Shown in pieces: positions 53,451 through 64,000 of a stretch of DNA of 64,000 nucleotides. The stretch is from Cycas panzhihuaensis (Eukaryota > Plantae > Cycadophyta), in the NCBI GenBank assembly GCA_023213395.1, contig CM041465.1, forward strand, positions 33,983,741-34,047,740. Direction: 5' to 3'. Within the stretch, counting starts at the first letter, position 1. Each line of letters opens with the position of its first letter. The notes beneath the pieces were generated by a model that was not told where the DNA came from, ran no database searches, and was given only the letters and a program-made list of their open reading frames with translations. The translations under genes and the position numbers were made by a program.

Positions 53451-56400
53451 TCTTCTCTCTCTCTCTTCTATTTCTAACTCTCTATAATAGAAACAACACC
53501 CATGAAGTAACTACACCTATATACATAGACTCAATCTTTGAAATAGAGCTAGCTTATTATTAATGCATTGTGTAATGAGAGGTTAAGAGGATATAAGGAG
53601 TTTATCTTGTGGTGATATAAGAAGATTAGGGAATTCCTAGTTTGAAGTAACAACATCCTTAATAGCCATCTTTCTTTGGTTATAAGTTAGCAAGTTATTA
53701 TCCATATTTCAAGATTTAGTTTTTCATACCACTTTAGTATATTAGGACTATGTTCTTCTAAGGTTTAAGTATGGGTATAGATACACATATATATTAGACA
53801 AATACTATTTAATTTAAGGGATTAAAACACTTAATGGGGGTGTCTTTTAAGGTGTGCTACTTTCTTCACCTCCCCCTCTTCTTAGTATTCTTAAGTTGTA
53901 ATTAAGTCCTCCCCTACCTCTTCATGTCATAAAATGCTAGAGTTTGAGATAGTCATGCCTCTATTATATCACTTTCCCTTCTTCTATCCCCTGTCTCCAT
54001 GAGAGGGTTGGTTCACTAAGGACCACCCAAATCCTAAGATTCTACTAAGACAAAGTTTATATTCAAATACATCCATCCACTAGGACACATGGGTAAATGA
54101 CTACTATACTTGTTAGTTAATAGGATTATTTCATAGCTACATTGATTGGCATCAAGAATATTATAATTATATTAGTAAATAGTTTTATAAGGATTGACCT
54201 CTAACATTGAAGGTTTATAGTGAGTCCTTCTAACTAAATACAAGCCCCTTTTATAGTAACTTAGAGAACTTTGGCTATCCCCTTAACCAAACTAGAGTTT
54301 ATTTTGTAGTGACTTGGAGGGTTTTAGTTTAATCCCCAGCTAATGGAGTTTTAGTTTGCTTGTGCTTTTTAGTTCACCTACAATAGTTAGTTTCTAGTTT
54401 ACTAATAATTAATGATTCCAAGATTAGCTACAATTGTTATAAATGTTTTGTTCTTAGCATATATTAGTTATTAAATATTTGCATTATTGTACATTAATAA
54501 TATGGAGAATTTTACAACAATTTGAGTATAAAAAGATCTATATGTTCTACAACTAATTGCCTTTTATTTATTTAATTTCTAGTATATCCTTCTTCCCATT
54601 GGAGAAGTGTTAATATATATATCTAATAACTATTTGCATTCACAAATAGGTATTCTTCTCAAACTCGTATATTCCTACAACTATGCAACATTTCATAATT
54701 TAGGTATATGCTGTTTCATAATTTTAATGATATATAGCCTACTTGAAATATACATTACCCATTAAATGATACCATATATATTCCCCTCTCTAAAATTCTC
54801 TAAAGATATAATAAATAAAAGAGAACTAAGAACCATATAAATATATCTAAATTTAAATAATATCTAGAGAATTTTGAGTTTAGGGACCATGAAATTATTA
54901 GAACTATATATTATTATTTTGGATGCCATATGCATACTTTTACTAACCCATAAACCAATATTCCTCATAAGCTCTTTCTTGGGTTCAAGGTTTTTGAATG
55001 TTATAATATGGGAGATAAGGTTACTGCTAATCTGATATAAGTGTTTGGAAATCCATGGCTTCAAGTGATTTTTGTTAGATATCCCTTCAGTACTAGGGTC
55101 ATGAATATGATTATTGATAGAAACAAGTCCATTATTTCCTACTACAACAATGTTAATATTTGATCTATACATGAACTAATGCAACCTTTGCTAATATAAT
55201 TTTAATAGCCATCACTTCCTTTTAGCATTAAAATTTTATTTCCCTTTATTGCTTCATCTCTAATGTGGACAATCTAACATTCTAACAACTCTATTGACAT
55301 TGCTTTATATATGACTTTCTAATGCTATAATTTAATTAATTCATTATATTGTTCATATAGATATCATCTTTTATTGCTTCTTATCTATATGCATCCACTC
55401 CTTATGATATATGCTACTTCTTTAGTTAAATTTCTTTAACTCCTTTGCCTTCATCTTCACCTTTGGCTTGTAGTTTGCTCATACCTATTCATACTTGGTA
55501 ATACATAAATTTTCATTTTTCAGAGCACAAAATTTCATTTTTCACCTGTTGAATGCTAGAAACACCTGTGAGACTCCATCCAAAGGCATTTACATTCTTT
55601 TAGAAGGAAAATAAGGATTAAAAATGATCCAATTCAAATCAAATATGGCGTCTATTCTTCCTTTAATTTGTGTTTAAAATCTTGAGGAGAAGGCCTAAGG
55701 TGCTTCTAGGCTTTCTATCCAGAGGGAAAGGAATAAGTTCTTCTTCAACACCCTTTAACTTGTCTTGGTAAGTATATGGCTTTCTAGGAGAATCTAGGTT
55801 AGAGAAAGCATATCATACCAAGTATCTATAAAATAAAGAAATTGAAAGAATGAAAGTCATTCGTAAATAGTTGGAAAGAAGGCCTCCTCAATATTATCAC
55901 TAAAACTATTAGCCAATTTTTTTGTGCTTCTTATAATGGATAAATTGAGGTAGTAAGGAACTAGTTTATGGTGTGTTATTTTACCAATACACAAGAAGCA
56001 TAAATAACTATTCAAAATATATAAGGGGAGAGAAAAGTACAAAAGGAAGACTATTACATTTTCGAGTGATCACTATGTCAAAGTAGAAATTATCATAGAA
56101 TAGTTAGATAGCATTCGTAGTAAAATAAGTTTGTATGTAGTTTCCAAAAGGATAATATAACTAAATTTAAGAGAAGAACAACAAATTAAAAAGCCATTGC
56201 AATACAAGAGATGTCCATATATTTAATAGATATGACCAGTTAAATGAATCTTCATCTCATTAAAAATATTAAAATGTATAAATTAAGAGAGTGGTTATTA
56301 TTAGCTCTTGTTAACTAATATCTTAAACTTTTAACAGAAACTTGAAAGAAAAATTTCGTGAAGCTGTAAGAACTAGGCCTTATTATAAAGGAAGATAGAT

Positions 56401-59400
56401 ACACCATCCTTGTAGTAAAGTATAAAGACTGCCACTACACTTGCTATTAAATAGAAGTATGTACTAAAGAAATGTGGCCCTTTTTACTAGTCATCATTAT
56501 GAGAGAAATGAGGGCCCATGGTATAATAACTTTAGGATACATAAAAGTGGGACCAAAATACACCTATATAGTGTAGAATAATGATTCTTCCTTAATTGTG
56601 CCAAGATTATATCTATTAGAAGAGAAAATAACTAAATTACCACCTTGAGGAGGAAAAGAGTCTTTATTAGCATACAAAATTTTCCTTATTCAACAAGTAA
56701 CATATTATCTTCTTCTAAGGTGAGGGACTCTAGGTTGATCACATTCTTATTTGGTAGAGATGTAAGCATAGGGACTTTAACATACTTGTCTAAAGTTGTG
56801 GGGAGAGAAAAGTTTACCTTAATCATTATTTTCCTAACTCCTTCTCATGCTCCTAATTATTTTTGAAGCTCCATCTTAAAAGATTCCCAATCAGGTTCTA
56901 GTTATGTACACCATTCTCAAGCCTATCTATAAAGGTCCTCCTCCAAGTGTACCATAGTAAATATAATTCTTTCATAATCATTCTTTAGAGACTTTCTCAA
57001 AAGTGTTAAGCCAATTACAAAGTTGAACATGATTATTTATCCCAATGTGAAGGAGCCTAAAGTCATCATTGTAAGGGGCAAATTATTATTTAAATGTAAA
57101 AATCTAGTCACCAAGACCCTTACCCTCAAAGTGTAGGAGTTGAGAATAGTAAAGTATGTATATGTGTGTGTATATATATATATATAATATATATATAATG
57201 ATTTGACAAGAAAAGGAAATGCCATGGCCTCTAAAGTAATGGCTTTCCATCCAAAGTTTTAATAGCTTCAAATTAATGCAAAAGGTTACAATATATTCCC
57301 TTATGAAACTAGAAGTTTTGTCTTAAAACTTTAATATATACTAAAACATAACTCCATAATACATCAAATATAGCCCAAACTAATGGCCTCTGAATCATGG
57401 TTCTGACATAAATAAATTTCAATACCTATAATAAAATTTATACCCCTTTTAACGTGGGTCATGATTATGGTTTTTTGGAACAATACTAGTACCTATTACC
57501 AAAATGTTAATAACATTTTACTACAATATCTAATAGATATAACACCAATTCTAACATAAATTAGACTTTGAGATGTATATATTAAAAAAAAATAAAATTA
57601 AGGTTGATTAGATACTTATATCCAAATTTATGGTCATTTGAAGTTAAGGTAGTAGATTTTAGGCACTAAAGCCAATAACAACTAATATGCAAAAATTAAA
57701 TTCCCTATAGTTTTTATAAATTTACCCAAAAACCTATAATATTACTACTTAAACTTTATAGAACTCACTAAATCATCTCAAATTTATAATTACTTTTTGA
57801 AACTTATCTGTTTACTCTACTAAAAATGTAGATCCTTGATAGGTTAAAACCCTAACTTTATTAGCATTTGTAGCGAACTTGGCCCTACCACACCATCACA
57901 CCTACAAATGAGAGTAATAAAGTAAGAAAATAGGGATGGAAATGTAATGGAAATAAAGGTGGAGAGTACTAAAATGACACATTATAGTGAGTCTAAATAG
58001 AAACCAATATTTGATTAATAAAGATTCCTTTACAATGCATAAGGTGGAGGATTTATAATAAAAGCTCACCCTTAAACCTATTACTAATTGACTCTTAATA
58101 TTAATCTATCTTATTATTTTATTAGCATACATTTAACCTAATCTACCCTCTATTTTCCCTATTATTTAATTGCCATAGCTCTAACCCCACTAATCTATTA
58201 TTCTAACCTAATCTCATGTGGTAAGGATTACCATACTAACTGTAGGACCTAATTGTTAGCATGTGTGACCATATGACATGATAGTTAGTACTGGTCCTTA
58301 ATATGTATGTAGGCTAGCTATTCCATAGAGAGGACACTCTTACCTATATAAGGTATCATAGGAGTTGAGTAGGGTTTATCATATATTTGAGATATTATGT
58401 ATTTGGTATACTATGGTATTGCGTCGATTATCTTTAGTACTCTATTTTATATTTGGTTTTCTTATGATACTAAGGGTTATCTTATTATTATAATATTTTA
58501 GTTATTATGTTCTTTGAGCTCTTTCCTTTCATATATCATGGTGATTTTTGGGATAAGTATGTCTTAAATAGTATTAGATCTTAACTTGAAGGTCTCTTCT
58601 ATAGTAATAAGATGTAAAATAAGTGATCATAAAGACATAACCGTGCAAAAGAAGTAAAAATTCTAGTAGTTATATGGGATTCCCCCCCCCCTAGTGATGT
58701 TTGTAACTCGATTTTTACACTATTCTTTTATAAAGTTCTACTTGCCTTCTATACTATTCTCCTACCCTTCTACAAGTAGAGATTTAGGTAGAAAGCCTAT
58801 TATGGGCATTTTATAATATCAATAAGAAGTTGTCATTTTTAACTAAGTGTGCTTAGGGATAAGCCAACATGTGAAGTGAGGTAGTTTATCTACTGATACT
58901 CGAGACTTAGACAACATTTGTATATGGAATTAAGCCTCCATGTATCCTTGGGTATATAGGAGTACTCTTATAGGTTTTCCTTTTGTAACCTAGAATAGGT
59001 AAATAATTGGCCACTTGTAATCCTATAATATACTAGTTAGTGGGTAGCACTAGGAAGCTACTCTTTATGAACATCTTAAATGTAAATAATGAAATTATAT
59101 ATATAGTAACCCTCTGTAGTTAGTGCTTTGAGATGTTGAGCAAGTTGTTATTAATGACTAGGAAGTTTATAGGAGGACCTACAGACTAGGTAATCCCTAA
59201 GAAGAAAGTCTGTTCAATAAAATTGACTGTTTAAACTCTATTTTTAAGTTTGTTGCAATTATTTAGACTGTTATTCATAGGGTCCCTCCTATAAAAATCC
59301 TTAGTAATAGATTCTAAAAACCCTCATCACTAGATTTAAGGAAAAAATAAATTGCTTGCAAGCTCACACTTCCGTAGGTTCACTTTTGTATATATCAAAT

Positions 59401-60099
59401 TTTTATAGATAAAACCTTTAATAGAGATTTGTACGTAAAAGAAAAAAGTCTATGGCTTTAATTTTACCCTTATTTTTTATTTACCTTATTTTAATGAGCA
59501 TATTGTATAGATCATTTTATACCAAGTTAGTTTAAACCCTTATTTTTAAAAAAATGATATACATGCACCCCATTATCCTTATGGCTAAATTTTCATATAT
59601 AATCTCATCCACATTATCTAAATATATTCTTCACACTTGTCTTAGTAGAGTAAGTGAGGTTGTTGCATACTATTTTGGGGAAATAGCCTAAACATACCTC
59701 ATAAAATCTTACTTGTAATGAGGGGGTTAATAGGCTATAGACACCTCCCTACCCTTCTTCCCTCCTAGTGTGCCTCCCAAAACCCCTCTATATCATTCCC
59801 TAATTCTATCCTATTCTACCTATTTAATCCCTCTTTTTCTTTAAAGACACCTTCTTCTCCCCTAATTTTATCCTTTTCTAATCCCTTTCTTCTATCTCTT
59901 CATAGTAGCTTCTATCTATTCATACAATGGCTTATACTTAAGTAAATTGACTCTTAACACTAGAGACTCACTATAATACTTTAAGTGATAGTATTGCTAA
60001 GTAATTAGATAAGATCATAAAGTTATTTATGCTAATATCTAATATTCCATCCTCCTTTAATACATCTACCACCTTCCCACTACATCCATCTCCTATTAT

Positions 60100-61199
60100 T
60101 ACACCTCCAACACATTATTGCCCACTCCAACAAAAGATTACTATTCTTATTTTTGACCATATCCCTTAATGAAAAACTTACGTTTATCTCCCTTTACCTT
60201 AAAGGCAAAGCACATCCCTAGTTTTGTTGGTGGCAATGTAAAATCCCCACAAAGTTTGCATGGAACTCATTTTCAAGTGCTTCTTTAACTAGTATAAAGA
60301 GACTAGGATAAATCCTTCTCCAATTAGCTTACTCATCTTCAACAATCAGTATTAGTTAAAGAATACACAAAAGAGTTTTAGATTATGTAGAATTGAGTTT
60401 CTTAATCCCTTGACTAGTAAACCCTTATTAATATATATGTGTTTGGCTTGATGGATTGTATCTAAATGTAACATAAAGTGGTTCCTCTAATAACTCTTTG
60501 AGTAACCATGCCCATAGAAAAGGTCATTGAAGTAAAGTTTGTAGTAGAATAAACCAGTCCTCCTTAACATTAACACGATCAAACCTTTAACACATGTCCT
60601 TGGCTAACAACCCAATAATATCAACAAATAAATCCTATAAAATACACACCTCTTAAAAGGTATTTAAATGGATTATATGTTCTCAAAGCTAAAGTAAACA
60701 CGTGTCAAGAGGTTAGCTTATGTGTTAGTTTTATAGAAAAATAGAACCATAATCATGGTAAATTATGTAAAGCTTACCACATAGTTTTCATCATTGATCC
60801 CAACCTTTCTATAGAAAAGGAATTAGACCTAGAGCAATATCCAAGTGATAACCCCCTTTATGAATCCATCCATATCCCTAAATCTCAAGTATCTTTGGCG
60901 ATTCTTTCTTCTACCTTTTATTATAAACCCCTTAAGGTCAAAGGAATATTACATAAAACTCCCCTAATCATTCTTATTGATAGTGATGCCTTACTTAATT
61001 ATATTGATATCTTGCTTGCTCAACAACTGAACTTATATATTATTCCAAAAATGAGTTTTACTTGCTCTCTTTAAAATTATCAAATACTCTCAGTATGAAA
61101 GGATCATAAAGAGCCTTCACATTTAAATAAGGACATATCATTTAGTCTCTAATTTATATGTTCTTTTGTTAGGAATATTAATGTTAGTTTTATATCACA
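60100..61199 (+). mobile_element. Ty3/gypsy (chromovirus-type) gag-protease remnant
   Basis: ISFYLKGKAH...W...W, LVKEYTKEF; LKVKGIL....IILIDSDALLNYI (ILIDSG-like). Confidence 0.7.
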
Positions 61200-61630
61200 T
61201 GTTAATATTGTAATTGTAAGTTATGAAAGTTAGTTTTATAAAGTTAATGTTTAATAATTATCAATCATGTAAGTTCATTAAAATGAGCAACTGCCTATTT
61301 CAACGAACCTCTTACTCTTTAAAAAGCTCCTCCTAGAATCTAGGAGGTTGTTTAGAGGAGGCTGTCAGGTTGTCTTAAGCCTGTCTTAAGGCTGGTTTTA
61401 CTTTTGTCTGGTATGTAGGTGGTTTTCATGTTCAGGTATAATTGTCATAGATATGTAAGATTTTTAGTTAATAAAATTATCTTTAAGAGGTGGTTTTTCT
61501 TCCCTAGAAGGGGTTTTCCACCTACCAACAATATGTACCTATGTAATATCATTTCCTCACTATGCTTACTCAAGTTTTTAGATCTTGTTGATATTGTACA
61601 TATTACCTTTCTTCTACATGGTATCAGAGC
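61200..61630 (+). mobile_element. 5' LTR (61200-61618, TG...CA) plus perfect tRNA-iMet PBS
   Basis: TGTTAAT...TCTACA followed immediately by TGGTATCAGAGC (61619-61630). Confidence 0.85.
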
Positions 61631-61804
61631 ACTTGTTTGCTCTATTTGGGCTGCACGTAGGGTTACATAGGCTGTCAATAACATGCCTTCCATCCAAAAA
61701 CTGATTCATACCTATGCATGTAGTGCATAGGGAAAGTTGAACCTTGAGAGATCATCTATCCCATTTAGAGATCCATGGTATCCTATTTTATGTGCCTATG
61801 CTTT

Positions 61805-62220
61805 TAAAACATTCATGCCAAAGACTCCAACTACAACTTCAAATATGGTGACAATAAATGTTGCAGTTGTGAGCAACAGTTTGAACTAAATTAACTAGTT
61901 TCAGACATTGTCTAGTTGAATATTTATGAATTCCTCCATATCATCTATGTACTCTTTCATCGATGTTAATTTATTTAAAATGCTGGCAATGACAACGAAG
62001 TAGGCCTTCAGTAGCATTTCTAACTCCTTTATGTGTTCATCATTATTGTCTGAACTCTTCGTACTCTCATTCCTACTTCGTGCAAAGCTCAGGTTTCTTT
62101 CTAATTTCTAAGATTCAGTGGGAGAACATATGGGGGAAACATGAGCAGAAACTGAAATCCCAACACCAACGAAAGAACCATCATCACCTCTTTATCGATG
62201 CAGATGACCTTGCCCAAATA
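61805..62220 (-). pseudogene. MRS2: Captured intronless fragment of an MRS2/MGT (CorA-family) magnesium transporter
   Basis: ISVSAHVSPICSPTES*KLERNLSFARSRNES...IKELEMLLKAYFVVIASILNKLTSMKEYIDDMEEFINIQLDNV*N*LI*FKLLLTTATFIVTIFEVVVGVFGMN; GMN motif at 61811-61819. Confidence 0.9.
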
Positions 62221-62223
62221 GGG

Positions 62224-62470
62224 CAACAAAGAGAAAACTTTAGTCGGAGAGATGCCTTCCTCATGCAGACCAAAAAAAAAAAAAGAAAACTTTAGCCGGA
62301 GAGACGCCTTCCTCACGTAGACAACAAAGAGAAAACCTTAGCCAAAGAGATGCCTTCCTTATGCAAACAACAAAGAGAAAACTTCAACCAGAGAGATGCC
62401 TTCCCCACGCAGACAACAAAGAGAAAACCTCAATCAGAGAGATGCCTTCCTCACATAGACGAAAAAAAGA
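62224..62470. repeat. ~5.3 tandem copies of a 45-46 bp unit
   Basis: caacaaagagaaaacYTYARYCRRAGAGAYGCCTTCCYYAYRYARA repeated; one unit has an expanded A-run. Confidence 0.9.
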
Positions 62471-63864
62471 GAACAACAGGAAAAGCCACGAAGACAAAGA
62501 GGCAGAACATCTACCGCTATAAAGAAAATGAACAGGTAGGGTTTCTTCTTCCTCCTCCCCTATGGACCCTAAATAAAATTAAAAACATTTTATTTTTTTG
62601 CTAATATAAATTTAATATATATTTTTAGTTTAATAGTTAGTTCGGGTCTGTCCTTTATTAATTATATATATTTTAATTTATTTTAATTAACACTAATCTT
62701 TAAAACCCCCCTTATTATATTAAACATTCAATCTTTTGAAAGGAGCTTCATATAATGTAACACATTTGCATGCCACCTTCCTTTATCAATTCCAAAAATT
62801 ATAATTTAAAACAAAGGTTTATAGATCTATTACTTAGAAATATATTGCTTAAAGCAGGGCTTAACAATGTTTTGTAATAGTAATACAAATGAACATTAAA
62901 TTTGACTTGATCCATAATAGTAACAGTTTTTATAGTTATAAAATGTCAAGAGTGTTGTACAATTATTTGGTAATAAATGACTAATATGTGGTCACAAGAC
63001 AAAATAAGTCTATATTAGGCCTCATTTACATTTATATTTAATTGTGTGTGGTTTCTCCATCCATGGTGTTATTAGGATTTTTCCTCAATGATCTTAATGT
63101 GATGGACTAACATAAGATAGGAATGCATCCATTATTGAGTCATAGACATTCTCTTGAACTACATGATAAGACATGATAAATTAAATTAGGGAAGGAATCA
63201 TTGGATGCCTAAGTTATTAAATAGGTCTTGAATGGGCATGACTAAGATATTCTAGAGAAGATTTATATAAACATTCAATCTTTTGAATGGAGCTCCATCC
63301 TTATAAATCATACTCTTTAGGTCTAACTTGATATGTATCTATTGTACACACTGGAGGGGCTTCATTTCATCACTTAATAAAAAATTATCTAGTACCTCTT
63401 TTATCCTTATCTCTAAGTCATCTTGAGTAAGCAACTCCTTCCCCTCCTCTAAAGGAGAACTATTTAAAACTTTATTTAAAATTTTCTTTCTATTATTAAA
63501 AAGACAACTAAAGGATAATTAGTTTTCATAACACCCTTATTTAACTTGTTTCTAATTTAACACTTAACCCTTTTGACTTGTAACTTATTCTTCAAACAAC
63601 GAAGGGGGACTATTAACACTTTTTTTTCAAAAAAGGGGAATATTTATTTCTTTTTCTTTCTAGGGGAAGGGTATCCAAACAAACTTAATAACAATGAATT
63701 TCAGTTTCTTATCATTCGATTAAACATGTTTATGAAATGTTAATAGGATTACTCTGATGTTTAGTAATTTTTTATGTGACTTTTATCACATATACTTCTT
63801 CATATAGATTCTCCAAATTTTTAAAATTCAAACGGACTTCTAATCAATGTTTACAATTTCCAAT

Positions 63865-64000
63865 ATGGCACTAATGCCATAGACAACCACTTGCATTCTG
63901 CTTCCAGTTCTAAATAGATCAAACTATGCCAATTGGAGGAATCACATTTCCCATCAGCTTAAACAACAGAAGATATGGCGATATGTAACAAGTGAATTCA
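63865..64000 (+). mobile_element. Ty1/copia gag N-terminus (runs off window)
   Basis: LNRSNYANWRNHISHQLKQQKIWRYVTSE matches copia gag LNG.NY..W...M...L.....W.YV.G. Confidence 0.7.

Larger units (their letters stand above)
61673..63300 (-). mobile_element. Ty1/copia 3' end: RT/RH remnant, PPT and ~1 kb 3' LTR (61673-62705)
   Basis: LEYLSH..RP (RT) at ~63230; RSINL..FLELIKEG.MQ (RH end); PPT aataagggggg at 62706-62716; LTR ends ...TATTGACA at 61673. Confidence 0.65.

Noticed and set aside
53450-60100. Short ORFs and possible solo LTRs (~57870-58210, ~58240-59330)
   Set aside because: Too decayed to assign; no paired repeats, TSDs or protein motifs I can support.
62224-62470. CRISPR-like array
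   Set aside because: Units are similar over their whole length with no unique spacers; ordinary tandem repeat.

Overview
This window is AT-rich nuclear DNA from a large-genome land plant. A gymnosperm is plausible from the retroelement types and their age, but that is inference. Most of it is nested, decayed retrotransposons: an Athila-like Ty3/gypsy (1-8.4 kb, - strand), two near-complete L1-clade LINEs with target-site duplications (13.3-19.2 kb - and 25.2-30.7 kb +), further LINE remnants, a large Tat-like Ty3/gypsy with a displaced extra RNase H and an antisense Plant-Mobile-Domain ORF (~35.8-49 kb), Ty1/copia remnants, and a 2.3 kb (TA)n tract. The only intact host gene is a YqaJ/lambda-exonuclease-family PD-(D/E)xK nuclease (21605-22651, -) in a CpG-retaining island. 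It has a repeat insertion inside its catalytic core and a 3' repeat array built partly from its own last codons. Other notable items: a Gag-capsid-like domain between protease and RT in the Athila-like element, a 108-bp fold-back palindrome in its RT, a candidate spliceosomal intron in a LINE leader, a plastid fragment with half of trnQ-UUG, an intronless MRS2 Mg2+-transporter fragment inside a copia LTR, and a possible decayed CNGC channel pseudogene. Boundaries of decayed elements are approximate. All protein-family calls come from manual translation and motif recognition, not database searches.
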